DNA of 64,000 nucleotides, taken from contig NW_005434672.1 of NCBI RefSeq assembly GCF_000315625.1, forward strand, positions 775,374-839,373, written 5' to 3'. Below are positions 13,100 to 25,653 of this stretch, piece after piece (within the stretch, counting starts at the first letter, position 1; every line of letters starts with the position of its first letter). The position numbers and the translations under genes are program-made. The notes under the pieces are model-generated. The model worked only from the letters and a program-made list of their open reading frames with translations. It was not told where the DNA came from and ran no database searches. This DNA is from Guillardia theta CCMP2712. Taxonomy: Eukaryota; Protista; Cryptophyta.

Positions 13100-13272
13100 G
13101 AGGGAGGGAGGGAGGGAGGGAGGAAGAGACGGGGGAAGGGGGAAGGAGAAGTAGGGAGCACGAGAAGAGAGCAATGCATGGAGGGAGGGAGGGAGGGAGG
13201 GAGGAAGAGACGGGGGAAGGGGGAAGGAGAAGTAGGGAGCAAGAGAAGAGAGCAATGCATGGAGGGAGGGAG
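13100..13272. repeat. Tandem duplication of an ~81-bp purine-rich unit (2 copies plus a partial)
   Basis: ORF 12679 reads GGREGGREEETGEGGRRSRE(H/Q)EKRAMH twice (27 codons each). Confidence 0.85.
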
Positions 13273-14068
13273 AGGGATATCGGAGAATTAGAAGTGGAAA
13301 GTCATCACAGAGTCCTGACAACGGAGAGGATTTATGATTCCAATTCGACTCAACAATGGATGAAACGCCATGAATGGGCGCTTTCGCTGCTGCTACTGCT
13401 GCTGCTACAAACGAGGAGGAGGAGGAGGAGGAGGAGGAGGAGGAGGAGGAGGCGAGTCCTTGACGACGATGAAGCAGAAATTTCACTTGCTCTGCCATGT
13501 CGCGTGTGGTTGGAGCAAATGTGGCCCGATCCGCTAGGATGGCAGATATGTTTCAACAGGCAGATCAAGACGCAAGGCAAACACTGAGAATGAGGTGACA
13601 AAGTCTGTTCCATGCACATCCTCCTCACGCTTCCATTCCTCAGTGCGACGGCGAAATGGCATGAGACTCAGTCCATCAAGACGTTGTCGCGAGCGAATCA
13701 TGGGAGCAGAGAAAGACAAAGGTAGTTGGGCTGTCTGCTGAATATAGCTCCATTGGATCGTGTTGTGACTTGCAACTGGCAACAGCATACTCGAGGAGCA
13801 GGAGGGAGCAGCCCACGAGCTTTTGGTGAGGAGAAAGCAGAAGATGAAGGAGCTGTATGAATCTGAGTACGAAAGGTGAGCTTGGACTTCTTGTTAGCCT
13901 TGACTCCCTTCCTCTGCACGACGAGGTTTTAAATTCTTCTTGCAGATTCTCGAAGGAGCTCAAAGAACAGGGACTTGTATTATCTGAAAAATAAGTGTGT
14001 AAAAATCAGAACAAATTGAACCAGACCATCCGCACATGATTGCGAGAAATGAAGAAACTAGAGTCTGC

Positions 14069-14995
14069 TCAATGATGACTAGATAGCTGTACGGTCTCTG
14101 GATACACTTGGTCCCCGAAGTCGCCCACAATCCCTCCAAGTATATTAACGGCTTTGTTCTGGACACTTCGTCGGAAAAGCAAATTTCGCACATCGACATG
14201 CCACGGGCTTCGATGTCTTGAGCAGAAGCGAGCAATCTTCTCCTCTGGGTCTCCGTAGCTGGGCTGCCGGTAGCAGTTTCCTTCAAGATACTGACATTTC
14301 TTGTGCCTCAAGTCTACATCCTTTGCTGTCTTGTGCATGGAGCAATGAATCATCCTGCGCTGCACAGGGTCGCCGTGCGTCGCTGTCCTCTCACACTCCT
14401 CGGCCTGGCAAACCCTCCGCCTGAGGTCCACGTGTTGGCTCTCGTCCGAGTGGTTCTTGCACCACATGGGAGAGGTGAACCTCGACGTGAAGTTGCTGAA
14501 GCCATGCGTCGCTTTCTCCGAGCAATCCGGAAAAGCGCATTTGGAAGACGAGATTCTCACATCGTCTGATCTTTTATGCGCCCTACAGTACCTAGAGCTG
14601 CTTTCGTTTCGACCATCCCAATACGTTCCTTGTCGCTGACAAGCAGCATGTTGGCAAACAACGTGTTTCTTGTCATGGTGGTGGTTCGACCGGTGCAATG
14701 AGCAGAACAACCTTTTGTATGAAGTGGAATAACCAAAGCTTGCACTGCGTGAGCATCCTTCAGGGTGAATGCATTTTTTGAAGTGCACCTGAGTCTGATT
14801 GACATGACTCCTTGTCCTCCTTCCCTTGCTCCTCACCATTGCCGCTGGCATCGACGAGTTTCTGAGTGCCAATTCTGGCAGGGGTGGAGCCAGCTCCTGC
14901 TTGAGCTCAGCATGAAGAGCTGGAGCTGAAGATGAATGCAAAGCTAGTACGATCGTCTGCATAACCAGCAACCACCCGGCAAGACGCGGATGCAT
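14069..14995 (-). CDS. Signal-peptide protein with five EsV-1-7-type Cys/His repeats
   Basis: Intronless 308-aa ORF; hydrophobic N-terminus; repeats such as CIHPEGCSRSASFG...FCSLH, CQAEECERTATHG...HCSMH and CQYLEGNCYRQPSYG...FCSRH. Confidence 0.8.
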   Translation of the reverse strand: MHPRLAGWLLVMQTIVLALHSSSAPALHAELKQELAPPLPELALRNSSMPAAMVRSKGRRTRSHVNQTQVHFKKCIHPEGCSRSASFGYSTSYKRLFCSLHRSNHHHDKKHVVCQHAACQRQGTYWDGRNESSSRYCRAHKRSDDVRISSSKCAFPDCSEKATHGFSNFTSRFTSPMWCKNHSDESQHVDLRRRVCQAEECERTATHGDPVQRRMIHCSMHKTAKDVDLRHKKCQYLEGNCYRQPSYGDPEEKIARFCSRHRSPWHVDVRNLLFRRSVQNKAVNILGGIVGDFGDQVYPETVQLSSHH

Positions 14996-15655
14996 ATCAT
15001 CGGTTCATTCAACCCTCCCCCCCACTCTCTCGCATTGCGCCCCGCGAGCCTGTGGACCCTCATCCCCATATTTCCTTGACTGAGCCGTGAGCCAAATAAC
15101 CGTTTCGTAACGGATACGACGAAAAGCCGCGCAATGGAGGCAAGAGTTTGGTGAGCACATGACGCGCTTGAAATGATCTTTCCGTATAGCATGCGGCACA
15201 TCCGAGTGTTCCCCCTCTCCTCTTCCAGATGTCCTCCTCTCCCGTCTCGTAGCCTTTCTGTTCTGTCTTCTCTCTATCCTCTTATGGGCTGGTCTCCTCT
15301 CCTCCTCTCCTCCTCCTCTCCTCCTCTCCTCCTCTCCTCCTCTCCTCCTCTGCTGTTGGTCTCTTCTCCCAGTCCATGTTGATTGCATGGTTGGTATCCT
15401 AGAAACATCCATTCTTCGTCTTCTATTCGCTTCAATTTCGCCCCTCCTCTCCCGCCATCACCACTCTTGTTTGCGCTCCTTCCCTGTCACTTTCTCTCGT
15501 TTCTCCCTCTGATGCGGATGCGTGCCTGTTCATACAGTCGTCCGTTCCCATGCCCTTGTTGGGAAGATTTTGTTCCAATCTCTCTGACTTGCCAATCTCG
15601 CAGATCCCTGGTTCGCGAAAGTTCGCGCATCTTGTTACTGACTGCGAAGTGAAAC

Positions 15656-16230
15656 ATGCAAGCTCGTACTTGGCTGATTATCCTTGGAGTTCTACAACTT
15701 TTGGCTGTATTGCTAAATATTTATGGAGAAGATTTTTATTATGTTTGCTTTGTCGTGCTACCGATATCCATCCTGGCAACCGTTTTTCTCGGAATTTCGA
15801 TAGCATTTCAATGGAAGCGTGGAGTCGAAATATTCATTGCGTTGTGCATTGTACTGCTTGTAAGTATTTTACAGGCTTGTCCCTTCGTCTTTCCTCTTTT
15901 TCTTCGTCCACTTCCCCTTTTCTCTGTGACCTTTCCTCCGTCTCATTTTTGTATGTTACCATCTAATTTTGTATCCAGTTGTTGAACTTCTTCCCTCTGT
16001 TCTCGTTGCTCTTCGGCGCGACTTGGGCGGCATGGCATGATATTCTCTTGTATATTGTTGGGGTGCTCTTGGAAGCTGCTTGTATTGCCAGCGGCATATG
16101 GATTCTGTACTATACTGACACGGCAGAGAAAGAAAGTCTTCTGCGACGAAGCCAGAGCAGAGTTAGCAATGTGTTTCGGAATAGCTTTGGACGCGGAGAG
16201 AACGCTGAATATGAAGGAGAGCGCGTGTAG
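15656..16230 (+). CDS. Small multi-pass membrane protein of unknown function (2 exons)
   Basis: ORFs 15656..15985 and 15979..16230 with about 4 hydrophobic segments; GTAAGT donor near 15860 and AG acceptor at 15978. Confidence 0.65.
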
Positions 16231-16314
16231 AATGGTATAATACAGGACTTTGTCTGTGTCATGCTTATTCTTTGCATTCTCTTGTGTTAAGATCTCATGT
16301 CGAGGTGAAAGTGC

Positions 16315-19300
16315 TCACGGAACACATCTGATCGAACCAGCTGAGGTGCCAGCGCTGAGCACTCGGCCGATCTGAGCCAAGGGATGTCAAGCAAAAGAGA
16401 GACAGTCAGGTTGAGTCTTACCACAGCACTCGAAGCGTAACCGCTTCCTCGGAGTGCTTGAATGCAGCGCTCAGCCTTGGAAAACGTTAGTTCCTCTCCT
16501 CACCACGCTCTCCTCATACCTTGGCTGCCGGTACGGTAGCTAGGAGGCCGCCCGATGTCTGCGGGTCGAAGATGAGAGGGTATGCCTCATGCTTCAGCGC
16601 CTCCGCCTCGTTCTCGATCGACCGCTTCAATCGCACGTTTGCGGGTTGCAAGGATGAAAAGATCCCGTTCTTGACACAGTCGATGGCACCAGGCAGCAGG
16701 GGGATCGAGCTGAGGTCCAGCTCCACGTTGGAGCTGGAAGCTTTCGTCATCTCCCACAGGTGGCCAAGCAGACCGAACCCGGTCACGTCAGTGCAGGAGG
16801 TTGCTCCATGCGCCTTGAGGATGTCTGCTCCGGCCTTGTTGGACAGGCACATGCTCTTGAGGGCCTCGGCGATCCACACGCCCTTAGATCGACTGCGCAT
16901 GTCGGCCGCAAACAAAGTGCCAGTGCCGATCGGTTTGGTAAGGACGAGAACGTCTCCATCCTTCATGCCGTTCTTGGTGAGAGCACCATTTGGCCATTGA
17001 ACAAGCCCGTTAATCGAGAACCCCAATGCGAGCTCCGAACCTTCACAGGTATGCCCTCCCACTAGCACACAGTTGCTCTCTGCCAAGACTGTGCATGCTC
17101 CCGCCATCATCTGGTACAGAGTCTCCTCGACCTTCGCCTCAATCCCAAATGGGACGACAGCGATGGCAAGCGCGGTCCTTGGCTCTGCACACATGGCATG
17201 GCAGTCGCTCAAAGCATGGTTCGCGGCAATCTTGCCGAACAGGAAGGGGTCTTTGATGAAGGAGCGGAAGAAGTCGACCGTGTGAACTTGCGCACGTCCT
17301 TGAGGATCTTGCTTGACGATGGCGCAGTCATCGGGAGCGTCCAGACCCACAACAACATCGTTGTTGGGAAACGGAAATTCCTTTCGGATTCTGTTCATAA
17401 CTTTGGAGAGGACTGTTGCTCCTACTTTGGCTCCACAGCCTCCGCACCGCATCGATGCATGGGCGAGCGCAGCCAGAGCTTCTGGACCAGCGGCAACGGC
17501 AACCTGCGAGGGAGGGTCCTCTTCCATCTCCATGAGAGGCAAGCGAGAACTGTATCCTGTCATCCAGGTCCGATCGATCCAGTCTTTGAGCTCCCACAAC
17601 CATGCTCCCTCGATACCCAAAGTGCCTCTGGAAGCCACACACTGGGATGGTTCTCCAGTGCCAATGATCCCGAGAAAGTCCTTCTGAGGAATCCACTTCT
17701 CAAGAGGCTTTCCAAGAATTCTGTTCCGAATATTCCGAGTCAAAGGAGGGCCACCACGGACAGCAAACACTCCTGCCTTGGGACGGGGATGATTTACCAT
17801 GGTAGAGATGTCGCCAACAGAGAAAACATCTTTGGTGTTCACTGACTCAAGAGTCTCCTGAATTTCAATGAAGCCATCTTTATCCAGCTTCAATCCAGTC
17901 TCCTTGAGCCAGGACTGAGCTCCTGCTTGTGTGCACCACACGCACTCGTCGAAGACAACTTGAGTGCCGTCGTTACAGATGATTGTCTTGTTCTTTACTT
18001 CAACCGCTTCTTTGCCAAGCACAAGATTGATGCTTCTTTCCTTCATCAGTTTCATGAAGATATTCTGTACCATCTTGCTGTGAGAAGGCATCACAACATC
18101 ATTTCGGGATACGAGAGTGACGTCAACAAGATTTGGGTCTGCACCCAACTTGCTGAATTCCCGTCGAAGTCGAGACTGCATGCTCAGTGCAAGCTCCACA
18201 CCTCCAGCTCCACCTCCAACAACAGCCAGCCGGATGCCCTCCTTCGCATCCCCTAGAGCTTTCGCCCTCGACACGATATAATCCCACCTTGCACTGAACC
18301 CGTCGATGGGCTTGACGGGCGTCACGTGAGAGTCTTGGATCTGGTTGGCCGAGTCCCCGAGTTTCGGAGCTGACCCGATGTTGATGGACAGAACATCATA
18401 AGGAATGTCTGGCCTTCCCTTGATCCTGATGATTTTCTTTTCCGGATCAATCCCGTACGCTTCACCGTGGATTATTCTTGCCTTCGCGAAGTTCCCAAGT
18501 TTGATCAAATCGATGTGACACTCTTCCTTGGTGTAGAAACCTGCCACGTGCCCGGGAATCATTCCAGAGTAGGGAGTCTCCACGTCCCTCGTTATCAACG
18601 TCACTTGCACGCCTGGCATCGGATCCATGCCGAAGCTCTTCAAGACATAAGCGTGCGCGTGCCCTCCTCCGATCAGTACGACGTCCTTCATGATCGGTTC
18701 GGGGCCCATCTTTCCTTTCATAGACTTCTTGTTCTTCTTCTTGGCAGCAAGGTTGTCAACATGAGGAAGTTTCTCACTCCTCGGCGACCATATCGTTCCA
18801 TTCGCCTTGGAAATCTGCAGCATTTCGAGCCTTCTCGACTTCTCCAACCACAATAGCAGGAAAACCTGGTACTGTACTGAAAGAGGGGCCCCGATGTACT
18901 TGAGTTGGATCGAGAAGAGCTGGGATTGGATCCAAAACCACTCCATCACCTGGATAGGGTGGATGAGCAACCACACAAAGAGGCTGAACAGGACGAGCAT
19001 GGCAGCTGCCCCGAGAGGGAAGCCTCGTAGCTTGCCGAGGAGGCTGGTGCACTTGCTCGCAGTGTGCGCGAGGCATCTCTCAGAGTCTTTCTGGGAACAA
19101 GCTCTGCCATCGCTGCTCTGCGTGCAATGAAAGAAGTCATTGAGCACCGCAAAGCTCCCTGAGATCTGATTTGAGATCCACGTTGACACCTCGGTAACTT
19201 TGTGCACAATACCAGCCTTGTCCAGACCATCGTCTGCGCCCCTGCCTGGACGAGGCAGGGCGAGAGTGAGGCATGTAGTCCATGCCAGGAGGAGCAGAAC

Positions 19301-19324
19301 TTTCGCAATGGAGGTGTTCAACAT
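16315..19324 (-). CDS. selD: Selenophosphate synthetase (SelD) fused to an N-terminal NADH-dehydrogenase-like FAD oxidoreductase, with signal peptide and TM leader
   Basis: 936-aa ORF: LIGGGHAH, VVGGGAGGVE, MRCGGCGAKV, HTVDFF, ANHALSD, GGHT, LTKPIGTG, TDVTGFGLLGHL, DPQTSGGLL. Two short 3' exons end ...GSIRCVP* at 16315. Confidence 0.95.
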
Positions 19325-19559
19325 TGCAAGTCTTGCTGGGCAGTTTGCGATGCTGAGGAAAACTGAAAACTTGTGGAGTGCGACAAGAAGGAGATAAAGA
19401 GGCTAGGACAAAAGAAGATGGCGTGAGGGAGATGGAGGAGGGAGGAGGGAGGAGGAGAGAGAAGGGAGGCGAAAAGAGGAGGACGGAAAGGGGGGGAGAA
19501 GAGGGGCGGGGGAGGGAGGGAGGGAGGGAGGGAGGGAGAGGGGCGGCGAGAAGCGTCCG

Positions 19560-19960
19560 TGTCCGTAAGCTTAGGTCAGCTCTCAGGTGTACGCCTCATC
19601 CTCGGACCGGGCCCGCCCCGCCGGGCGCCGGCGGCCGGGCCCGGGGCCCGGCCCGGAGTTGCCAGTGTGAACATCAGACCGTACACTGGTCACCGGGCTT
19701 AACTTTGAGTAACTTTCAAGATTTGAAGAAGGTCCGATGACGGTCGCCGGGTAGTTTCAAGTTTGGGGGACAGCACTGTGCGGCAGTGCCACGGTGCCAG
19801 GCAGGATTAGGGTCATGGTGGTTCTCTGTGCTGTCTAAGTTTCTCAGGCTTCGAGTCTCGCCTGTGCGACAGTGTCATCAGTCAACTCTCAACCGGCGGA
19901 GGCCACGCCGATAACTCAGTGACTGAGTCAACAAAAGTAGTGCCGGGCGGCCCGGTGGGC
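19560..19960. promoter_or_regulatory. CCGG-rich intergenic island between divergent genes
   Basis: Clusters of ccgggcccgg, gtgactgagtc and cttaactttgagtaa between the SelD start and the 19978 gene start. Confidence 0.45.
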
Positions 19961-19977
19961 CCGGGGTGACGAGTCGC

Positions 19978-21262
19978 ATGTCATGCCGCAAGCTGCTGGG
20001 GCTTGCGATGGTGTTGGTGGCCGTCAGCTCGCAGGAGGAGGCGATGAGAGGAGGAAGATCAGCGGATCTTGCTGAGAAGCTTCCTGGAGCCTCGTGCCCC
20101 TTGAGAGTTTGCGTGAGAAATGTCCTTCGAGGTGGTCAGCGGACTCGGAATCGTGGACAGTCTGCTAGCACCATGGCAGGTTTCCGCCATGATCCTATGA
20201 GTGATGAAACCGACGAGCCAGCTGCTCGTTCTAGAGCTGCTCTGCGGCGCAAGAAAAATCGAGCTTACAGGAGGAGAAAGAGAGAAATGCGGGAGCAAGA
20301 GCTTGAGTTGCGGAAACACGAGGCGCTCCTTGCGGCGATCAGTTGCCTCTGTCCCGGAAGCAAGGTGCTTTGCTACGTCAAAGTGAATGGAGGGTTGAAG
20401 AGCAAGAGTGCGAGGATGTGCAATATTTCTAACGTTGGACAGGATGATGTGCTGGTATGTATCGAACACAACCGTTCGAGACCTGATTCTTTGAGTGAAG
20501 GTTGCCCTGGAAAATGGAAAGCAGCAAAGGATTCCCCGAACGACAGAGTGGATACTTGCTGTAAAGCGCGTAGACGTGAACGAAACCCAACCATCGTCTC
20601 AGATGAGTAGCACACTTGCGGGCCAGAATGCAAGTCGATCGACGAGAGACAAGGCGAAAGTTGATGAGATGCTGAGGAATGCCGGAATCAAGGTTCGTCC
20701 ACCAAAGCACGTGGATGCCAAGAGGTTCATAGAGATAGGACTCCGACGGAAAAGCAAGCGACTCGATCGGAACAGGGAAAGGTTGCTGTGCTTCAACACC
20801 CTAAAGTTGGTTAACTCTGTAGTAGGACAAGAGCAAAGGTAGAGCAGCAACGAATATCCCTGGCGGAAGAAAGAAAGAAAGAACAACAAGAAAAGAAAAG
20901 CATGAGAGAAGCCCGGTTCGTTCGATTGAAACAAGCCAGAACGCTAATCTTGTTGCTAGGCGAGCTGAGAAACAAGCAAAACGGGAGGAAATGTACCAGC
21001 AGAAGAAAGAGCAAGTTTTGAACGATCGAGTGATTCACATTCTCCCTAGCTCGACTTGAACTAACTTTCCACTGTGCAGGATTTCAGAGAAGCTTTTGAA
21101 AATGTAGGCTCTTGCACATTGATCGTCACGATGAGGCTAACGTGATGGCAGTGTGAAGATGTTCTTGATGATTTCATCAGGAAGGACATTAACTTTGATG
21201 TGAGCTGCTTTCTCTCTTCAACAAACCTGTTTGACTATGGTTGGATCTCACAGCGACCCTAG
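19978..21262 (+). CDS. Hypothetical protein with signal peptide, LRGG motif and K/R-rich regions (multi-exon)
   Basis: ORF 19966..20610 MSCRKLLGLAMVLVAVSS...CPLRVCVRNVLRGG, ORF 20495..20842 and downstream exon-like blocks; 3' end uncertain. Confidence 0.55.
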
Positions 21263-21372
21263 TGGAATTCTTGCATCAAAATGGACAAGAGTGCGTTAAA
21301 ATATTTGCTAAACAAGGCAGCAGTGTAGCAATGAAAAGATTAGTATCGTTACTTGATGATCGATGCTTTATT

Positions 21373-22552
21373 TCACACTGCTGCATTAGCTTGTTTTGAA
21401 GAGCTCGATCCCTTTTGTAGATAGTCCGCAGCCTGTCGCGAGTCATCCAAACAGATTGACGGGATCAAGAATGGCAACACCTGCTTGATACCCGGAAGCT
21501 CGAAGATATTTTTCACAAACGGGGTGTGTCGGGCAACTATGATGACATGCGGGATGAAATTTCCAAAGAGATTCATGAATCCAAAAGCCTCCATGAAGAA
21601 GCCTATCTTGGGCCTGTTTGCATGTAAGGAGTGGATGCATGAATGAAAAGCTACCATTTGAAAATGACAAGGAGAAGGCCGAGAAAGAAGAGAACGGTTC
21701 CCCTTAGCTTCTCCTTCTTGAGAAACCTTATGAACAAGTCAAAGTCTGAGTTTTGCACTGCATTGCTCTGCAAAAAGTTGATCTTACAAGTGTTTCATAC
21801 GAGAAAACCCAAGAATCAAAGATGTGCCGGCTAGAAATAACAGCTAACGTGTCGTCAGTAACATGGTTGATTTCTCACAACTTTACATTTCCAACGGCGA
21901 GGAGGCCCCCGTCGAAGAATAGCAATACCCCCAGCATCGTGAACAAGAGCCCCATCCCGGTGAGCCCGATTCCAATCTCTTCGGCGACAAAGTCAGTTTA
22001 GGTGACTCCCCTCCCTACCCTCTCACGCCCCTCCCCGTCCCAACTCCCTCCCTTCCCTCAATTGTCTTTTCCGCTTCGTCGCTCATTCCTAACGTCCTAA
22101 CAGCCTGGCTCCCTATCTACCGCCTCCCTCCCTCCCTCTATCTACTTACCGCCCATCTCCCTCAAACCTTCAGTCTCTCTCTTGTTCTCCCTCCCTTCAT
22201 CCCTTCTCCCGCTCTCTCGCTCTGCGTCTCTGCCTCCGTCGTTTCCTCCGTCTCCGTCTCCGTCTCCGTCTCCGTCTCCGTCTCTGTCTCTATCTCTGTC
22301 TCTGTCTCTGTCTCTGTCTCTGTCTCTGTCTCTGTCTCTGTCTCTGTCTCTGTCTCTGTCTCTGTCTCTGTCTATATTTCCTCACCTGCAACTCCTCTCC
22401 TCTCCTCTCCTCTTCATACGACCTCTCATATCCTCTTCTCTCCTATGCTCTTCTCTCCTATGATCTCCTCTCCTCTCCTCTCCTCTCTTTCCTTCTCCTC
22501 CCCTCCCTTCATGGTGTCTTCACTTACTGTACGTGTCGCCGAACGAGTCCAT
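21373..22552 (-). CDS. GOT1: Got1/Sft2-family vesicle transport protein
   Basis: Spliced translation MDSFGDTY|KIGIGLTGMGLLFTMLGVLLFFDGGLLAVGN...PKIGFFMEAFGFMNLFGNF; long first intron contains a microsatellite. Confidence 0.9.
22243..22373. repeat. (TCTCCG)n/(TCTCTG)n hexamer microsatellite in GOT1 intron 1
   Basis: Visible tandem run. Confidence 0.9.
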
Positions 22553-23595
22553 TGCTGGCAACTTCCTAGCCCCTCATCCCCTCAGTATGACCGTTATGAA
22601 CGTTGAACCGTTACTGGTGTCGTCAACAGTTGAGAACCGTTACAAAGGTCCATTCTTCCTTCCACCCCACAATGGACCCCCCACCCCGTGTCCACCCTTC
22701 CCAGGTCAGGTGTACAGGCAGGACCAGGGTAGGGTGGTGTAGTAGGGGTAGTACTGGTTGCCTCTCGGGAAGTTTGTGAGGTGGGTGGATGGGGTGAAAG
22801 GGGGTGGGTAGGGGTGATGGAAGGGAAAGAGGCACATGGCGACGGAGCGGGAAATGCGGAGTGGGCGACAGAGGGGGAGGGAGGGGAAGGCGAGGAGGGA
22901 GATGGAGGAGGAAGACGACCGAGAGAGGAGGAAGAGAGGGAGAGCGCGATGAGAACATGAAGCAGAAAGAAGCAAAGGATAGACGAGAATGTAAACTAAG
23001 GGATAGGGTGATAGCCGAATAATGGAGAGACGCTGGATGGTGGAGGAGGAGGTGAAAGGATTATGTGGTAAGGAACAGAAACCACGATCGAAGAAATTGC
23101 AAGCATAGACGACAACATATAGACGCAGCAGGTCGAGGCTTGCAAACTTGAGGAACCAATTGAGAGGGGGACATAGACGATTAGGAAAAACGATGCTGTC
23201 TGGCTCCATGAGTAGTAGTAGCAGCAGTAGCAGCAGTAATAGTCATGGTTGGGATCTTTTCTCTGGAGTCACGTTGGAAATCCCTTGAGATCGTATCATA
23301 TGAATGTCTTTCGACAAGTCTGGAAATGTGAATGATTTTCGGTCCAGAGCATTTCTGAGAGGCCCCCTGCATTAGAATAGCTCCAGTTAGCTCAGAGGCT
23401 AGAAATACCATTGAGAGACCATCAGGAGAATTGATGCTCATTGATTCGTGCCGAGATTCTACTCAACATTGTTGTCTAAACGGTCTGTCTTCGTGCAGGA
23501 TTGAGCTGAGTTGGCCCTGACCGTCTCTACGAATTTGCGAGCAGGGAACAGAATTGCTCGATTAGTTCGTGCATTACAGCGCTGTTGTCTTGAAG

Positions 23596-25653
23596 ATGTA
23601 CTTATCTGGCGGAGCTCGGACTGCAGTCACCAACAACCAGACCAGGATCCCCGATGTGCTGGAAAAGATCAAAACTGAATTCGAACAGCTGTCGCAAGAG
23701 ACAAGTTTGCTTAAGAACCAGCGTGATGAATTCCAGAGGATCCGTGAGTCTTGTTGAGCGTGTGTGGTTCGTGTAATCTTGTCCTTTCCAGTGCAAGCAC
23801 AAAAGGAAGAAATGAATCAGATGCAGCAAATCATTCAAGATTTCGATTCTAAGCATCAATCGATCAAACGACAGGTGATTCTTCCGTTGCACTTGATCCA
23901 CATGGTCTTACACAAAATGACAGTATGAAGAAGAAATAGCATGGCTCCGACGTCAGATTGAAGCCTCTGGAAATGTAGTTCAACCGCGCAAAGAAGTCCC
24001 GAACGTTGTGTCGTCAGGAATTGTGAAACAAGAACCTGCTATACATTCAACTGCTCTGCCGACCTTGGCAAGCCTGGGACAAGCAGTACCACACCTTGGC
24101 ATTCTAGGTGCGCAGGTAGCTGCAAACAACGGACAGCTTCCTGGTACCTTGAAACGCTGTTGACCTTAAGTTCCTTCCAGTAACCAGAACTGTTGTAGGA
24201 GCTGCTCAAACATCAGATCCATCCAAGGCGGTGGACTCCAAAGGCCGTCAGCTCGACGACTGGAATGTACTGGCAGCTCTCGTGATGTCCGTGTGAGCTG
24301 GTTGATGACGTGGCTGAGCAGGTTGTGCACAATCCGAATGCCACGAGCAAGATGCACATCGAGCTGTGTCACACGCTGGAGCACGACTCAGTGGTGAGAT
24401 GAAGGAGGACGGGGAGAGAGGGAGGGGAGGAGGAGAGGAGGGAGACGCGAGGGGGGGAGGGGGAGGAGGAGAGGAGGGGGCAAAGGAGGAGGAGGAGGAG
24501 GAGGAGGAGGAGGAGGAGGAGGAGGAGGAGGAGGANNNNNNNNNNNNNNNNNNNNNNNNNNNNNNNNNNNNNNNNNNNNNNNNNNNNNNNNNNNNNNNNN
24601 NNNNNNNNNNNNNNNNNNNNNNNNNNNNNNNNNNNNNNNNNNNNNNNNNNNNNNNNNNNNNNNNNNNNNNNNNNNNNNNNNNNNNNNNNNNNNNNNNNNN
24701 NNNNNNNNNNNNNNNNNNNNNNNNNNNNNNNNNNNNNNNNNNNNNNNNNNNNNNNNNNNNNNNNNNNNNNNNNNNNNNNNNNNNNNNNNNNNNNNNNNNN
24801 NNNNNNNNNNNNNNNNNNNNNNNNNNNNNNNNNNNNNNNNNNNNNNNNNNNNNNNNNNNNNNNNNNNNNNNNNNNNNNNNNNNNNNNNNNNNNNNNNNNN
24901 NNNNNNNNNNNNNNNNNNNNNNNNNNNNNNNNNNNNNNNNNNNNNNNNNNNNNNNNNNNNNNNNNNNNNNNNNNNNNNNNNNNNNNNNNNNNNNNNNNNN
25001 NNNNNNNNNNNNNNNNNNNNNNNNNNNNNNNNNNNNNNNNNNNNNNNNNNNNNNNNNNNNNNNNNNNNNNNNNNNNNNNNNNNNNNNNNNNNNNNNNNNN
25101 NNNNNNNNNNNNNNNNNNNNNNNNNNNNNNNNNNNNNNNNNNNNNNNNNNNNNNNNNNNNNNNNNNNNNNNNNNNNNNNNNNNNNNNNNNNNNNNNNNNN
25201 NNNNNNNNNNNNNNNNNNNNNNNNNNNNNNNNNNNNNNNNNNNNNNNNNNNNNNNNNNNNNNNNNNNNNNNNNNNNNNNNNNNNNNNNNNNNNNNNNNNN
25301 NNNNNNNNNNNNNNNNNNNGCCAGGACGAAGGGCCTGTGCTCATCCTGCAGGGACACTTGAACTCAGTGATCTCGGTGGCTCACTCACCGTCGTCGTTTG
25401 TGTTCGCTACAGGCAGCGGTGAGCGGAGGGGAGGAGGGGAAGGTAGTGGAGAGACGAAGGAAGNNNNNNNNNNNNNNNNNNNNNNNNNNNNNNNNNNNNN
25501 NNNNNNNNNNNNNNNNNNNNNNNNNNNNNNNNNNNNNNNNNNNNNNNNNNNNNNNNNNNNNNNATGAGGGGGGGTGAGATGCATGTGTGATGACGAGGAT
25601 GCGCAGGGGACAAGAGGGCGAGGATCTGGAAGTATCGTGTGACAGACAACTGA
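23596..25653 (+). CDS. TUP1: TUP1-like WD40 transcriptional corepressor, copy A (interrupted by N gaps)
   Basis: Tup_N-like RIPDVLEKIKTEFEQL; DDWNVVHNP...IELCHTLEHDSV; LQGHLNSVISVAHSP...FATGSGD; ends KRARIWKYRVTDN*. Confidence 0.8.
24536..25319. other. Assembly gap (N run)
   Basis: Run of N. Confidence 1.
25464..25563. other. Assembly gap (100 N)
   Basis: Run of N. Confidence 1.

Noticed and set aside
19010-19040. KLRGF in the SelD leader as a fifth LRGG motif
   Set aside because: Lacks the di-glycine, so not counted.
16521-19308. Many plus-strand ORFs overlapping SelD
   Set aside because: Antisense shadow ORFs of a GC-rich coding exon.
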